Below, piece by piece: positions 37,530 through 48,579 of a DNA stretch of 64,000 nucleotides. Below the pieces are notes generated by a model. That model searched no databases. It was given only the letters and a program-made list of their open reading frames with translations, and had not been told where the DNA came from. Source of the stretch: Mobula hypostoma (taxonomy: Eukaryota); contig NC_086100.1 in assembly GCF_963921235.1 (NCBI RefSeq), positions 36,828,001 to 36,892,000 on the forward strand, in the 5' to 3' direction. The position numbers were made by a program, and so were the translations under genes. Each line of letters starts with the position of its first letter. Position 1 is the stretch's first letter.

Positions 37530-38120
37530 TGTTTATAGTCGTAATTTATTGATTCCGGGGGAAATTGGATTTTCGTTACAGTTGTTCCATAAATAATAAA
37601 TAGAAATAAAACCATAAATAGTTGAATAGTAATATGTAAATTATGCCAGGAAATAAGTCCAGGACCAGCCTATTGGCGCAGGGTGTCTGACCCTCCAAGG
37701 GAGGAGTGGGAGGAGTTGTAAAGTGTGATGGCCACAGGCAGGAATGACTTCCTATGACGTTCTGTGTTGCATCTCGGTGGAATAAGTCTCTGGCTGAATG
37801 TACTCCTGTGCCCACCCAGTACATTATGTCGTGGATGGGAGACATTGACCAAGATGGCATGCAACTTGGACAGCATCCTCTTTTCAGACACCACCGTCAG
37901 AGAGTCCAGTTCCATCCCTACAACATCACTGGCCTTACGAATGAGTTTGTTGATTCTGTTGGTGTCTGCCACCCTCAGCCTGCTGCCCCAGCACACAACA
38001 GCAAACATGATCGCACTGGCCACCACAGACTCGTAGAACATCCTCGGCATCGTCCGGCAGATATTAAATGACCTCGGTCTCCTCAGGAAATAGAGACGGC
38101 TCTGACCCTTCTTGTAGACA
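37530..38120 (-). mobile_element. Rex1 LINE 3' end
   Basis: ORF 37670-38050 MFYESVVASAIMFAVVCWGSRL...INKLIRKA...RKSFLPVAI is a typical Rex1 C-terminus. Confidence 0.85.
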
Positions 38121-39224
38121 GAAGTTTAATAGAAGTATAAACAGGGAATGCTGAAAATATTCAGGAGCTTCAGTAGAAGGAAAAACATATAGATTTAAGA
38201 TTCCCATAATCTATTTACAATCCTCATATTTGCATTTCATTTCTCCTTGAAACATGTTCCAACGTTAAAAAAGTGGTATGCTTAAATATTTTCAATCCTG
38301 ACCTAAAGTAAATGAAAAGGTGAACAATCTTCAGATTCTGAATATATGTATAGCATTTCTGAATATGCTTTAAAATTTATAATTTTCAGTTCTTTGTTCT
38401 TGTTTCATTCGTATATGGTGTTTAATGAATATTATTTATAATAAGCGAATGAGAAGTACACCGGACGGGAGAAACTGCAGGTGCTGGGATCTGGAGCAAC
38501 CAACAACCAGCTGGAGGAACTCAGCGGGTACAGGAGCTGTCGACATTCAGCTTTGAGACTCGGCATCGGGCATAAACGCAAAACGTCGAAGTTCCTCTCC
38601 CGCGGGGGTTCCCAACCTTTTTAATGCCAGGAACCCTACCATTAACGACGAACCTGTAAATCACAGTCCATTGCTTGAAGCATCGTCACTGTGGCAAAAG
38701 TATAAACTGGATTTCTGCCTAATTTTGTCTATAACTTCAGAATTATTTTATAATTCATAGCCTCGGACCCATTCACAGTAATTCCCCACCCATTTGACGC
38801 CGGCTCCATTACTCCAAATCACAGCCCGCGTCGCCATCCGGCACCCGCCAAAGGCGGGGCTTCAACGCAGCTGTCTATCGAATGCCTGTGACTAAAAGAC
38901 TAGGGCTGCGAAAGTATTTTATATATTGCCATAAAATAGATGATAATAATAATAGTAAGTTGTTTTAATGAAATAAAAGGTGCTACTTGTGAGGTAATTG
39001 CTGTGACCGGAGAAGCAGGCGGCAGCAGGGGTTGCGAGGACCCCAGGGGGGTGAAGCAAGTAGGGTTTGTGAGTGAAAACTCCTGAGTCAGAGCGGCGGC
39101 GAGTCCCGGCACCGGGCAGGCGGTACGGTACCGAGCGCTGTGCCGACCCACCACAAACCGAGCGGGCGGCACAACATCGAATCTGGGCATCGGCACACTT
39201 AGCGGACGGTAGAGCGGTTACAAC

Positions 39225-39240
39225 ATGATTACCTCGGCCG
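39225..39240 (+). CDS. PSMD1: PSMD1 (26S proteasome regulatory subunit Rpn2) coding exon 1
   Basis: caacATG ATT ACC TCG GCC G|gtgagt = MITSA(A), the same as the human N-terminus; phase 1 fits exon 2. Confidence 0.93.
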
Positions 39241-39542
39241 GTGAGTAAGGCTGCTCGAGTTCGCCCCTTCTCCCTGTTCGGTGCCCGGCTGAGCCTGAAG
39301 ACGCTGCCGGCTGGTTTGAGATCTGCGTGACCGTTAATACAATAAGAGAAGGCTAGAAATCCTCGACAGCATTCTCTTATTATCTGGAGAGCTACACATA
39401 CACACGAAAAACAGGTTGATGTTGTATCTTGTGAACTGGTCAGTTGTTGCTTTGTGCGCTTGATAGCCTGCGCCTGCACAGGCCTAGAAAACCTCACTTT
39501 GGCTCGTTTGGAGGTGTTAAATATTCGCTAGTAGTTGCCTGG

Positions 39543-39561
39543 GACTCAGCAGCTGAGTCAT
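39543..39561. promoter_or_regulatory. Palindromic antioxidant response element (CNC/sMaf site)
   Basis: GACTCAGC-A-GCTGAGTC-AT; the minus strand reads ATGACTCAGC, a perfect RTGACnnnGC. Confidence 0.55.
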
Positions 39562-39794
39562 TGAATGAATGAGGCCTGAGAACGGGCTTCGCACCCGGGG
39601 CCGCGCGTTAATCGGCGCCTTAGTGCAACAGGAAGGGGTTCACTTGTGGGAGAACGTGAGGCTAGCTAGAGTGCGCGATGTGTCTAAAATCAAGAGCCGT
39701 GTCATTATGTTGACGAAAGAGTCCGGGGCAGAGTTACATTTGTTTTCATATGATCGGTAACTCCGAGCAAGAAAGTGAGCAAGTTACTCATGAA

Positions 39795-40260
39795 TCTGAG
39801 GCATTGGCCAGACCACATTTGGAGTGTTGTGAGCAGTTCTGGGCCCCATATCTAAGGAAGGATGCACTAGCATTTCAGAAGCTCCAGAGGAGGTTTACGA
39901 GAATAATCCCGGGAACGAAAGGTTAACCTGTGAGGAGTGTTTCATGGCTCTGCACTTGTACCCGCTGGAGTTCCGATGAATGAGGGGGTATTTCATTAAA
40001 ACCGACCCAATATTGAAATACCTGGATAGAATGGTTGGAGGGACGATGCTTCCAATAGAGGGCGAAACTAGTACTAGAGGACACAGACTCAAAATAGAAA
40101 AGGACGTCCCTTTAGCACACAGATAAACATGAATTTCTTTATCCAGAGGAGTTGAATCTGTAGAATTCATTGCCACAAACGGACAAGTCATTTGGTATAT
40201 TTAAAGCGGAAATGGATGGGTTCTTGATTAGTTAGAGTGTCAAAGGTTACCGGGAGAAGG
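39795..40260 (+). mobile_element. CR1 LINE 3' fragment
   Basis: RPHLECCEQFWAPYLRKD...QRRFTRIIP reading. Confidence 0.8.
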
Positions 40261-40744
40261 TAGCGTGGGTAACCTCAGTCTTCTCAACTCTGAATTGATT
40301 TTACAACATATGGATTCACTTTCAAGGACTCAACAATTCATATTCCCAGCTTTGTTTCTTTTTATATGTGCAGTTGTTTATCAATCTTTGTGTGATTTTT
40401 CATTGATTCTTTTATTTCACAAAGAATACCCACAAGAAAATTAATCTCAAGGTAGCATAGTGATGTATGTGCTTCCATAATAAATTTACTATGAACTTTT
40501 AAATGGGATTGAGAGGGGCTGCTCAGTTGCCTGGCGATTAGTGTGACGCTTTACAGCGCAAGGGATTGGAAGATTGGGGTTGAATTACTGCAGGTGACTG
40601 TAAGGAGTTTGTGCATCTTGTGACTGGGTTTCCTCCCACTTTCCTAAGACACGTGTAGGAGTCATGTATCTAATTATTGTCTGTCGGAATTGTATTTGTG
40701 TTGCACATCCTCACTCTGCATTAAGGTACTTTGTCACTTATCAA

Positions 40745-41175
40745 CTTCCCCTTTAAAAAATACCCAATCACTTGGCCTCCACCGCCATCTGTGGCAACGA
40801 ATTCCAAAGATTAATTAAAATAATTTCAGATTCACCAACGTCTGGCTAAATAAATTCCTCCTTATCACTGTTCTAAAGGGAGAACCTTGTATTCTGAGGC
40901 TGTGCCTTCTGGTAGTAGACTCCCTTCCTATAGGAAAATCCTCTCCATGTCCACTCTGTCTAGTCCTTTCAATATTCCATTGGCCTCAGTGAAATCTTCC
41001 CCCCCGCCCCCAATTCTTCTGAACTCCAGTGAGTACAGGATCACAGCCATCAAATGTTCTTCATGCATTAACCCTTCCAGTCCTGGGATCATTCTTGTGA
41101 ACCTCCTTTGGACCTTCTCCAATGCCAGCACATCTTTCCTTAGATAAGGGGCCCAAAACTGTTTACAATAAACAC
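40745..41175 (-). mobile_element. CR1 LINE 3' fragment
   Basis: QFWAPYLRKDVLALEKVQRRFTRMIPGL in ORF 40928-41425. Confidence 0.85.
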
Positions 41176-41185
41176 TCCAACACTC

Positions 41186-41622
41186 CAAGGATGTTGGCTG
41201 GATTGGAGAGCATGTCTTATGAAAATAGGTTGAACTTGGCCTTTTCTCCTTGGAGCGATGGAGGATGAGAGATGACCTGATTGAGGTGTATAAGATGATG
41301 AGAGGCATTGATCGTGTGGATAGCCAGAGGCTTTTTCCCAGGGCTGAAATGGCTAATGTGAGGAGGCATAGTTTTAAGGTGCTTGGAAGTAGGTACAAGG
41401 GGGATGTCAGAGGTAAGTTTTTCACACAGTGGTGGGTTCATGGAATGCACTGCCAGCGAAGGTGGCAGAGGCGGATACAATAAGGTCTTTTAAGAAACTC
41501 TGAGATAGGTACATGGAGCCTAGAAAAATAGAGGGCTATGTGGTAGGATAATTCTAGGCAGCTTCTAGAGTAAGTTACATGGTCGGCTAAAGGGCCTGTA
41601 ATGTGTTGTAGATTTTCTGTGT
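41186..41622 (+). mobile_element. CR1 LINE 3' end
   Basis: RMRDDLIEVYKMMRGIDRVD...; close relative of the 31905-32372 copy. Confidence 0.85.
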
Positions 41623-42531
41623 TAATTAGTCCTGATCTTTATAGAAGATGACACAGACTTTGAAGGGCGAGTTGTCTCGTCTTGATATTACTGTGTGAGT
41701 AAGGTGATGGTATTTTTTTTGTCCAGAGTTGCTGAGAAAACAAGATATAGTAAAAGGAAACTGAAGTTTTTGCTGTTCTCAAAAATATCAGCTTTGACTT
41801 GGAAGAAGTTTATTATGCATGATTTTATGCTGGATAGGTAGTTTGATTAGAATTCTTGTTGTGTCATAGAAATTGATGCCTTAGAAGGAAACCATTCAGC
41901 CCATCGTGTTCATGTTGGCTAAAAATGGGCCTAATCCCATTTCCCAGCTTCTGGTTCATAGTCTTATAGGTTATGGTTCTTAAAGCTGTCATTCAAGTAG
42001 TGATGATTTCTTTCACCATCTTTTCAGGCATTGAGTTCCAGGCTTATTGAGTGCACTCTGGTTATTAGACTGAAAGCAGATAGCAGGACTGAACAGATTG
42101 TTCTTGGGCCTCAGCTATTTGCAATTTTTGTCAACAATTTGGCTGAGGTGACCAAATGCGATTTCTCCCCCCCCCCCCAGATTTCCTGTTGCTATTAACC
42201 TAAGTGGGATTATTAATGCAGAGGTGTGTTTAAAGAGCATCAAGGTGATATGGGCAGGATCTGTGAGAATGTGGCAAATGGAATACAACATGGAGGAATA
42301 CAAGGTCATTTATTTTGATGTACCATGGATTCCAGTTAACTGGAACACATTGGGACCTGCTGCTGGCCCAAGTAGCCAAAGTTTCATGGAAGTAGTTGAA
42401 AGGGTATAAGTAAAGGCAAACTACTGTTTCACTGAGTAGTGAATTATGTAGTTAAATGAAATACAGAACAAATTGGAACACCAACAATACTACTGCGGTA
42501 CTATACTACTGTTATCGACAGAGGAATACAT

Positions 42532-43015
42532 TGTGTGTACGCTGCCGTGTGGGGGGTGTCCAGGGAGGCACATCAGGAGGAGGAGTTGTCTTGCCCATTC
42601 TGGAGTCGCTCACTCACCCTTGGTTCCCACCAAGACACTCAGCTCTCATCTGTGGGTCCCAAGTAGTTGTTTGTATGTGACAGTGGCCACACTCCGGTGC
42701 ACCTTTTCGGCAGTCAGGCTAAATCAGGTGAGGATTCATACCCCAGTAAAATATGTCTGAGCATGTGAAATTGGCTGTGGCAGACTGGGTGGATACAATG
42801 AATAGTGAGATCCAATGGCCAAGAAGGTGGTTCTGCAGCACTTTGGGGAGAATGAAGCCATGATAAGGCACAAAAGTAGTCATGGCTGTAACCAAGGAAA
42901 CCACTGGATCCAGACTTCTGAGGTCAGAGGAGTGGAACTGTCCCCGTGTAATGGCTTTTCCACTTTATAAACTCCTTCACAGGTTTCACTGTCATGGGAC
43001 ACGACAGATAACCAA
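42532..43015 (+). mobile_element. RTE-derived non-autonomous element
   Basis: Shares the cactcagctctcatctgtgg...ggccacac...gctaaatcaggtgagg block with the 8208-8718 element. Confidence 0.55.
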
Positions 43016-43069
43016 CGTGCTGCCGTGTTCCTTTTGTTTGACTGTAAATGAACAAAATTAGCGCTGACA

Positions 43070-43870
43070 CATAATGCAGATAATGGATTGCTTTCATACA
43101 ACGCTTTTACAATCCGAATCAGGTTGTTTTGTGGCAACAATACATTGCAATAAATGATAATAAAAACTCTCAGAAAGAAGTATGTATAAAAAAAATTAAG
43201 TAAGTAGTGCAAAGTAAGAGAGAAATATAGTGAAGTAGTGTTCCATGAGTTCATTGTCCATTTAGAAATCTGATGCTGGAAGGGAAGAAGTCAGAAGTAT
43301 TGAGTGTGTGAATTCAGGCTCCTGTATTTCCCACTTGATGGTAGCAATGAAAAGAGAGCGTGTCGTATGTGATGGGGGTCTTTGATAATGGATGCTGCCT
43401 TTTTGAGGCATCACCTTTTAACGGTGTCCTCAGTGCTGGGAAAGCTATTGCCCATGATGGCGTTGGCAGAATTTACAACTTTCTGCAGCCTTTTCTGATC
43501 CTGTGCCGTGGTCCCTCTGTACCAGATGGTGATGCAACCAGTTAGAATGCTCTCCACTGTACATCTCTAGAAATTTGTGAGAATCTTTAGTGACATACCA
43601 AGTCTCTTCAAACTCCTAATGAAAAATAGCTGCTGTTGTGCCTTCTTTGTAATTGCATCAACATGTTGGGCCCAGGATAGATCTCCAGAGATGATGACAC
43701 TCAGGAACTTGAAACTGCTTACTCTTTCCACTGCTGATCCCTCATTGACTTCCCCTTCCTGAAGTCGACAGCTGCTCCTTGATCTTACTGACGCTGAGTG
43801 CAAGGTTCTTGTTGTGGCACCAGCCGACTAGCTGATCTGTCTTGTTCCTGTACACCACCTTGTCACTGTT
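43070..43870 (-). mobile_element. Rex1/Babar LINE 3' end
   Basis: ORF 43567-43803 VERVSSFKFLSVIISGDLSWAQH...KAQQQLFFIRSLK. Confidence 0.85.
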
Positions 43871-44057
43871 AGAAAGTATACTGGAGTTAAATGAATATGG
43901 CAGATATTAATTCAAACAAGAATCAGGCTTCAGTTCTTATTGTAAATGTAAGTAAGTTCAGGAAGCTTACAAATAGCTTTGTTTTTTATGTAAATTGCAA
44001 GCGGTAAATTGAAGTTAAAAACACAATCTGCTCCATAGACTGAGATTGCATATGCAA

Positions 44058-44612
44058 GTCAGTCAGTGGGTGCTGTCCCAAATCTGGGGTTGGCGGCTAT
44101 GCACCTCCATCTTCTTCGATCTTGCGACAGCATCGAGTACAGCCTCTCCTCCAGTTTGTTCTCGCTGGCCGCCTTGGCACCGCCCGCCGAACTCGAGCCC
44201 AAGGCCGTGTCGACCTCCAGCTGCGGCCGCTTCTTCGAGCTCGGCTCTTCCTTAGGCGGAGGCCTTGGGCAGGTCCAGGCACACGGTGAGCGCCCAAGTT
44301 CACCATGTCTCTTCTAACTAGGTGCATAGCGTACGATTTATAGATAAGTGGTGAGGCTTTAATCTCTTCCATGGAAGATGGCCGTTGGCTCACAAGGAGC
44401 TCATCTGCCCTTTGTCAGGTCTTGCTTTTTTCAGTCCTGCCGGGTGTCCTCACACCCTCCTCATCAGACTAAGTCTGGTGGGGGAGCCAGCCCAAGTCGC
44501 TGACCACAGCCCCCGGCCGAGCGCCCCCCCCCCCCCCGGCTGTATCTCTCCGAGTGTCCGGCACCCAACTGGAAACCATGGTCGAGCGGCCGGTGACCAA
44601 ACCGAGACCCAG
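44058..44612 (-). mobile_element. Young GC-rich non-autonomous retroelement with RTE-like 3' end, interrupted at 44127-44291
   Basis: Removing the insert joins ...MVNL to QDRRRWRCIAANPRFGTAPTD, an RTE-type AQDRxxWR C-terminus, followed by a (TGAC)n tail; many CpGs retained. Confidence 0.6.
44127..44291 (-). pseudogene. CYHR1: Circularly permuted fragment of CYHR1/ZFTRAF1 coding sequence
   Basis: Minus strand 44291-44257 reads [10 protein letters not shown] and 44256-44127 reads PKEEPSSKKRPQLE...[12 protein letters not shown]. The human protein (from memory) reads ...PPKKR...[25 protein letters not shown], so the two blocks are in swapped order. Confidence 0.8.
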
Positions 44613-44689
44613 GTGTTAAAACAATGCAGTTGTGTTAATTGGCTTGCATCAAACCAAGCAACGTGGCTAAGTTATTTGCACCATAGTGA

Positions 44690-45805
44690 ACAAGGGAAAA
44701 TCTGCAGGTGCTGGAAATCCAAGCAACACACACACACGATGCTGGAGGAACTCAGCAGGCCAGGCAGCATTGATGTAGAAAAAAAGTAAGAGTAGAGTCG
44801 ATGTTTTGGGCTGAGACCCTTCAGCAGGACTGGAGAAAAAAAGATGAGATTTAAAAGGTGGTGGAGGAGAGAGAGAAACACAAGGTGATAGGTGAAACCG
44901 GGAGGGGGAGGGATGAAGTAAAGAGCTGGAAAGTTGATTGGTGAAAAAGATACAGGGCTGGAGAAGGGTGAGTCTGAAAGGAGAGGACAGAAGGCCATGG
45001 AAGAAAGAGAAGTGGGGGGGGGGAGCACCAGAGGGAGGTGAAGGGCAGGCATAGAGAAAGGTGAGAGAGGGAAAAAGGGATGGGGAATGGTGAAGGGGGA
45101 GGGTCATTACCAGAAGTTCAAGAAATTGATGTTCATGCTGTCAGGTTGGAGGCTACCCAGACAGAATATAAGGTGTTGTTCCTCCAACCTGAGTGTGGCT
45201 TCATTGCGACAGTCGAGGAGGCCGTGGATTGACAGATCAGAATGGGAAGTGGAATTAAAATGGGTGGCCACTGGGAGGTCCCACTTCTTCCGGTGGACAG
45301 AGCATAGGTGCTTCTCTGAGGCCACACTCAGGTTGGGGGAATAACACCTTGATTCCGTCTGGGTAGCCTTCAAGCTGATGTATGAACATTGATTTCTTGA
45401 ACTTCCGATAATGCCCCCCCCCCACCCCTTCACCATTTCCATCCCCTTTTCTCCCTCACCTTTTCCTTTTGCCTCCCCATTGCTTCCCTCTGGTGCTCCC
45501 ATCACCCCCCCGCCCCACCTTTCCTTTCTTCCATGGCCTTCAGTCCTCTCCTATCAGACTCTCCCTTCTCCAGCCCTGTGACTCTTTCACTGATCAATTT
45601 CCCAGCTTTTTACTTCATCCCTCCCCCTCCTGTTTCATCTATCACCTTGTGTTTCTCTCTCCCCTCCCCCACCTTTTAAATCTACTCCTCATCTTTTTTT
45701 TTCCTCCAGTCCTGCTGAAGGGTCTCAGCCCGAAACGACAACTGAACTTTTTTCCATAGATGCTGTCTGGCCTGCGAAGTCCCTCCAGCATTTTGTGTGT
45801 GTTGC
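44690..45805. mobile_element. Penelope-like element ends arranged as an inverted repeat
   Basis: Arm 44723-45203 is the reverse complement of arm 45317-45805; EATLRLEEQHLIFCLGSLQP is a PLE C-terminal motif. Confidence 0.85.
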
Positions 45806-46244
45806 ACCATTGTGACTTCAGGATATTGTCGCTTAGCATAACCATGGTCACAGGTTAGGCAGTCAATAGTTTTGTGTACTCAGAGACAGCCCTGACAACA
45901 TTAATTATGGGTGTCTGGCTCTCTGTTGTCAAAATGTTTTAGAATATTTGTGTTAAGTAGTTTCTCACAGTGGCAGTTAGACCTTCGGAAGTATCTTATC
46001 AATTACAATGTGCTTCCACTATGTATCTCAAAGGAATCATTTGTCAACCCCAAGTATTAAAGGAAACAATGTCATTGTAACTATTAAAATTATATTGAAT
46101 CACCTGCTGTTACTTTTGATTTTAAGGGTATAAGATTGTGGTCAATTTTTGTGTTTGTGAGTAAGTGTTTCCATGAGAATGCCTGCTTGTGCTGAATACA
46201 GACTTCTATATCACCAACTTCAGTGTTTTCGCTGGTGACTTCGA

Positions 46245-47215
46245 TCACAGTTACAACAGTCGCCATCTGACATTCTGCCAGCAATAGTTGCGTTGTCAGC
46301 ATATTTACAGATGGCATTTGAGCTGTGCCTAGCTACAAAGTCGTGAGTGTAGAGAGAGTAGAGTAGTGGGCTTAACATGCATCCTTGAGATGCGCCAGTG
46401 CTGATTGTCAGTGAGGTGGTGTTATTTTTGAGTTGCACTGACTGTGGTCTCTGGTGAGGAAGTCAAAGATCCAGTTGACTAGAGGTATGGAGGCCCAGGT
46501 TTTGGAGCTTGTAGGTTAGAACTGAGGGGATGATTGTGTTGAACACCGAGTTGTAATCAATAAACATCAGTCTGACATAGATATTGTTATTGTCCAGTTG
46601 ATCCAAGGGCGAGTAGAGAGTCAGTGAGATTGCATCCGCTGCTGATCTATTGTGACGATAGGCAAATTGCAGGTCTTTGCTTAAGCAAGAGTTGATTCTA
46701 GCCATGAACAACCTCTCAAAGCACTTCATTACAGATGTGAGTGCAGCTGGGTGATGGTCATGAGGCAGCTCACCCTGTGCTTCTTGGGCACTGGTATGAT
46801 TGTCATCCTTTTGAAGCTGGTGGGAACCTCTAAGTGCAGCACTGAGCGATTGAAGATGCACTTGAACACTCCCACCAGTTTCAGTGTCCTACCACGTATG
46901 CCATCAGGACCTGACGCTTTGTGAGAGTGTTGAACAGCATTCTGACATTGGCCTCCGAGACAGATTACCAAATGCTGCCAGGATTTGCAGAGGTATAGTT
47001 TTATACTCTCTTTCAAAGCGTGCATAAAAAGCACTGAGCTCATCTAGAAGTGAAGTATTACAGGCATTCATGATGTTAGGTTTCACTTTGTAGATATAAT
47101 GGCCATCTGTCAGTCATACCTGGACAATTTGTATAGTTCTGGATCACTGGTCTTGATTGCCACAGATTTAGCCCTTAGCAGACTGAACCTCCTAGTTCAA
47201 CCATGGCTTTTGGCT
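46245..47215 (-). mobile_element. Rex1/Babar LINE RT region
   Basis: KASGPDGI, ALTSVMKCFERL, QFAYRHNRS, YVRLMFIDYNSVFNTI, GASQGCMLSPLLYSLYTHD, KYADNAT. Confidence 0.9.
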
Positions 47216-48579
47216 TTTACTTCAAGTATAATATAGTTCAAATTGTTCAAAGATCAAATGATCACAAGGAAGTAAACCGAGAAACAACGTAAGTGATTGA
47301 AGCTTTTGAAGATGCAGGTAATGTAGCAGAGAGGAGGAATTTAGTGTGTGTGTTTATCTGAATCTATGTGCCTGTGATGCTGTTGCAAGTTTTTCATTGT
47401 AACTCACTACTTGAGCATATGACACTAAACTTGGCATGAAAAGTTGTGTGAACAAAAACAATGCAGACTAATTCAAATTTTGCTTAGATATGTGGATGTT
47501 AGTATATTAAATGGATAATAAGTAAAAGATTGGAGTGTGAACGATTCTAAAGAAACATGAGTGTGCTATCCAATCTTTTGAGCATGTTCTCTTCTGATGT
47601 TGGATGATTGCTGATCTGTTCCTCAAATCTGTTTTTTCTATTTTTGATCCACATTACTTGATACCTAGTCTTTGCAAACAAATCTTATATCAGTCTTTTC
47701 AGTCAGAAAATTAACCTATCCTTTAAGTGGAATGATACCTTTTAAATGATTTTGATTTTGAAGATTTTTGATTTTGTTCCTAAATATTTAAGGTCCAGTT
47801 ATTTGTACTTGATTTATTGTTTTGAATTCTTCAATAAAAATAGTTTTCTATAATTAAAAACAAATCTTTACTGACATTTTAACATCTATTAGCTCATCCC
47901 TGATTCTTCTGGTATCAAGTGAATACTGACCAATTTTCTGACTGTTCCTTGAAACATAAACCATTAAGCCTGAATATTGAAGTGTTCCCTCGAGAAAAGT
48001 TCATCTACCTTATCTTTCTTTCTCAAGAACAGTTTATCTACAGTATCTTAGTTATTGTCACACTGAGGGATAATGTTAATCTCATTTTCTACTTTTTTCC
48101 CTGTCCTTGGTTACCACAAACCCATCAACTCCCCTTTGATTCTTTTACCAACCAATATAACATCATGACCTTTAGGTTTAAGAGAAAATTGGAGCAGTCA
48201 GCAGAAACCCATGTAGTCATGGGGAGACTTGCTTGGAACCATAAGCGATGGTCTTCATACCTCCCTGTAGTGTATTAGCAACACACTTTTTAACAAATCT
48301 TTTGTGTGTGTTTATATCACATTGTTTTTTTTTCCCCCTCTACTTGATCAACCTGTCAATCTTACATCGATGTTGTGATAGTTTATCCCCTTGACAGCCC
48401 TGGTGTCACTCTATTAGAGATATTTCTTTAGTCCAATGCATCCTTCCACAGCCTCTCTACAACTTAAAATTGCTTTTCCCTATTCCCAAATCCGATGAAG
48501 CGTCTTCAACCTGAAGTGTTCCTTTCAATTGTTTCTTGATATGTTGCGCATTTCCACCTTTTTTTTTGCTTTGAAGGTT

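Larger units (their letters stand above)
38760..39700 (+). promoter_or_regulatory. PSMD1 CpG-island promoter / exon 1 region
   Basis: CpG-dense; GC box GGCGGGGC ~38853, AP-1/ARE-like TGAGTCA at 39084-39090; contains the PSMD1 ATG. Confidence 0.75.

Noticed and set aside
38900-39497. Minus-strand ORFs of 192 aa and 98 aa
   Set aside because: Antisense frames across the GC-rich PSMD1 island, with no recognisable protein features
44046-44393. Listed ORFs 44046-44255, 44066-44317 and 44097-44393 as genes
   Set aside because: Wrong frames or strand across the CYHR1-derived insert and its host element
44425-44470. CTGATGA...GAAA on the minus strand as a hammerhead
   Set aside because: Stem II does not close next to the core boxes and no stem III or cleavage triplet fits
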